Notes under the pieces: generated by a model | Database searches by the model: none | The model's input: only the letters and a program-made list of their open reading frames with translations | What the model was told of the DNA's origin: nothing | Assembly (NCBI GenBank): GCA_035604195.1 | Contig: DATNIY010000050.1 | Span: 36 to 64,035, forward strand | Direction of reading: 5' to 3' | From: Stellaceae bacterium | Lineage (GTDB): Bacteria; Pseudomonadota; Alphaproteobacteria; ATCC43930; CGMCC-115725 | DNA: 64,000 nucleotides | Program-made: the position numbers and the translations under genes | Shown: positions 62,448 to 64,000 of the stretch, piece by piece | Layout of the letters: each line of letters opens with the position of its first letter | Numbering within the stretch: position 1 is the stretch's first letter

Positions 62448-63224
62448 TCACTCGTTGGTGAAGCGGGGCTTGCGCTTCTCGACGAAGGCGGCCATGCCTT
62501 CCTTCTGGTCCGCCGTGGCGAAGAGCGAATGGAAGAGCCGGCGCTCGAAACGCACGCCCTCGGCGAGCGTCGTCTCATAAGCACGGTTCACCGCCTCCTT
62601 CGCCATCAGCACCGAGGGGCGCGACAGCGCCGCGATCTGCGTCGCCATCTTGATCGCTTCCTCGACGAGCTTGTCGGCCGGCACGATGCGGCTGACGAGG
62701 CCGCTCCTCTCGGCCTCGGCGGCATCCATCATGCGGCCGGTGAGGATCATGTCCATCGCTTTCGCCTTGCCGACGAAGCGGGTCAGGCGCTGCGACCCGC
62801 CGGCGCCGGGGATGACGCCGAGATTGATCTCGGGTTGGCCGAATTTGGCGGTGTCGGCGGCGATGATGGTGTCGCACATCATCGCCAACTCGCAGCCGCC
62901 GCCCAGCGCGAAGCCCGCCACCGCGGCGATGACCGGCTTCCGGCACGTCGTCACCCGCTCCCAACTTTTGGTCACGAAATCCGCGAGATAGACATCGACG
63001 AATCCCCGGCTCTGCATCTCCTTGATGTCGGCGCCGGCGGCGAACGCCTTGTCGGAACCGGTCAGCACGATGGCGCCGATTGCGGCGTCGGCCTCGAAGG
63101 CGTCGAGCGCCTCGCCCACTTCGCGGACGAGGGCATCGCACAGCGCATTCATTGCCTTCGGCCGGTTGAGGGCAATGAGGCCCACCGCGCCGCGCGTCTC
63201 GACGAGGATGTTGCTGTAGGTCAT
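62448..63224 (-). CDS. Enoyl-CoA hydratase (crotonase family)
   Basis: 258 aa. It contains [14 protein letters not shown]...[16 protein letters not shown]...[19 protein letters not shown]. Confidence 0.9.
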   Translation of the reverse strand: MTYSNILVETRGAVGLIALNRPKAMNALCDALVREVGEALDAFEADAAIGAIVLTGSDKAFAAGADIKEMQSRGFVDVYLADFVTKSWERVTTCRKPVIAAVAGFALGGGCELAMMCDTIIAADTAKFGQPEINLGVIPGAGGSQRLTRFVGKAKAMDMILTGRMMDAAEAERSGLVSRIVPADKLVEEAIKMATQIAALSRPSVLMAKEAVNRAYETTLAEGVRFERRLFHSLFATADQKEGMAAFVEKRKPRFTNE

Positions 63225-63574
63225 TTCGGCTCCTGTTGCGGCGAAAGGGTGAATCCGACGGTAAGGTTGCCGTCGCGGCCGCGAAAATCGATGCGCAGCA
63301 GCTCGGCGCCGCGCTGCCAGCGATCGGCGCCGCTCCGTGCCCAGCCGAGCTGCGGCAGGCTCGCGGCATAGAATGCTTCTACTTTCTCACGGCTCAGCGC
63401 GCCGCGCGCCCGAGCCTCGACGATGCGGCCCTCGGGCTTGTCGAAGACCAGCGTGCCCTCGGCGATGGCGACGAGCCCCGGCATCAACGGCAAATCCTCG
63501 GTGCCGGCGACGAAATCGTCGGCCCGTGCGGCGCTCGCCAGGAGCAGCAGCGCGAGGAGGAGGAAGCGCGGCAT
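63221..63574 (-). CDS. Hypothetical secreted protein
   Basis: 117 aa from ATG 63574. It has a signal peptide ([18 protein letters not shown]). Its stop overlaps the ech start by 4 nt. I recognise no family. Confidence 0.55.
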   Translation of the reverse strand: MPRFLLLALLLLASAARADDFVAGTEDLPLMPGLVAIAEGTLVFDKPEGRIVEARARGALSREKVEAFYAASLPQLGWARSGADRWQRGAELLRIDFRGRDGNLTVGFTLSPQQEPK

Positions 63575-63587
63575 CGCCCCATTATCC

Positions 63588-64000
63588 TCAGCGCTGGCGC
63601 TTGGCACAGTAAAAAGTCGAGCGGCCGCTCTGCACGATGCGTCGGATACGCTTGCTGCAATCGCAACCCGGGCAGGGCTCGCCTTCCTTGCCGTAGACCG
63701 CCCATTGATGCTGGAAATAGCCCAACTCGCCCGAGCTCTGCACATAATCGCGCAAAGAGGAGCCGCCGGCGGTGATGGCGCGCTCGAGCACGTGGCGGAT
63801 CGCGGCGGCGAGGCGCTCGGCGCGCTGCCCGCTCACCGTGCCGGCGCGCCGGCGCGGCGAGAGCCCGGCCCAATAGAGGCTCTCCGACACATATATATTG
63901 CCGAGCCCGGCGACCACGCGCTGGTCGAGCAGCGCCGCTTTGATCGGCGTCGCCTTGCCAGCGAGCGAGCGTGCCAGCGCCGCGCCGGTGAAGGCGTCGT
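63588..64000 (-). CDS. mutM: Formamidopyrimidine-DNA glycosylase (C-terminal part; the gene continues beyond the window)
   Basis: It has the H2TH region ([28 protein letters not shown]) and the C-terminal zinc finger ([27 protein letters not shown]). Confidence 0.9.
   Translation of the reverse strand, partial: DAFTGAALARSLAGKATPIKAALLDQRVVAGLGNIYVSESLYWAGLSPRRRAGTVSGQRAERLAAAIRHVLERAITAGGSSLRDYVQSSGELGYFQHQWAVYGKEGEPCPGCDCSKRIRRIVQSGRSTFYCAKRQR

Overview
High-GC chromosomal segment that looks alphaproteobacterial. The markers are the 16S 5' end, gcrA, a DUF4167 gene, a PAS_5/DUF1457 gene, a two-CSD cold-shock protein and mutM-ech-rpsT-dnaA linkage. I can support about 60 protein genes, the first ~310 nt of a 16S rRNA gene, a few promoter and terminator candidates, and several repeats. 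I saw no CRISPR array, transposase, integrase, phage gene or tRNA.

Most of the window is housekeeping:
- 2-oxoacid dehydrogenase E1ab/E2 with an embedded aldehyde dehydrogenase, cynS and clpB
- hemA-like/prfA/prmC, hisS, ispG and a rodZ-like gene
- ptsP, lysC, ubiG, gcrA, hisF/hisE, kup and a 1590-aa NAD-glutamate dehydrogenase
- gyrB-recF-dnaN, dnaA, rpsT and mutM

The accessory-looking parts are 37.4-51.5 kb and 56.4-60.2 kb. The observations I rate highest:
1. A three-ORF cobalt-type nitrile-hydratase-family enzyme whose beta subunit is split into two translationally coupled ORFs. This is the thiocyanate-hydrolase / toyocamycin-NHase-like layout. The alpha subunit has a His-rich tail, and there is no amidase or activator gene nearby.
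2. An Nramp-related transporter lying between dnaN and dnaA. It has non-canonical metal-site motifs and an interrupted reading frame, sits next to a porin gene, and is preceded by a 760-nt leader with mutually exclusive helices.
3. An ECF sigma/anti-sigma module. The motif GCATCCA-N16-GTAG(A/T)T occurs in front of both the sigma gene and the downstream ferritin-like lipoprotein/cupredoxin genes.
4. A bacterial homologue of archaeal CDP-archaeol synthase (CarS/DUF46).
5. A divergent glutamyl-tRNA reductase homologue in a hemA-prfA-prmC arrangement.

Many long ORFs in the supplied track are antisense artefacts of the GC-rich sequence and were not called. All family assignments come from reading the translations and from memory of family motifs. 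No database search was run.
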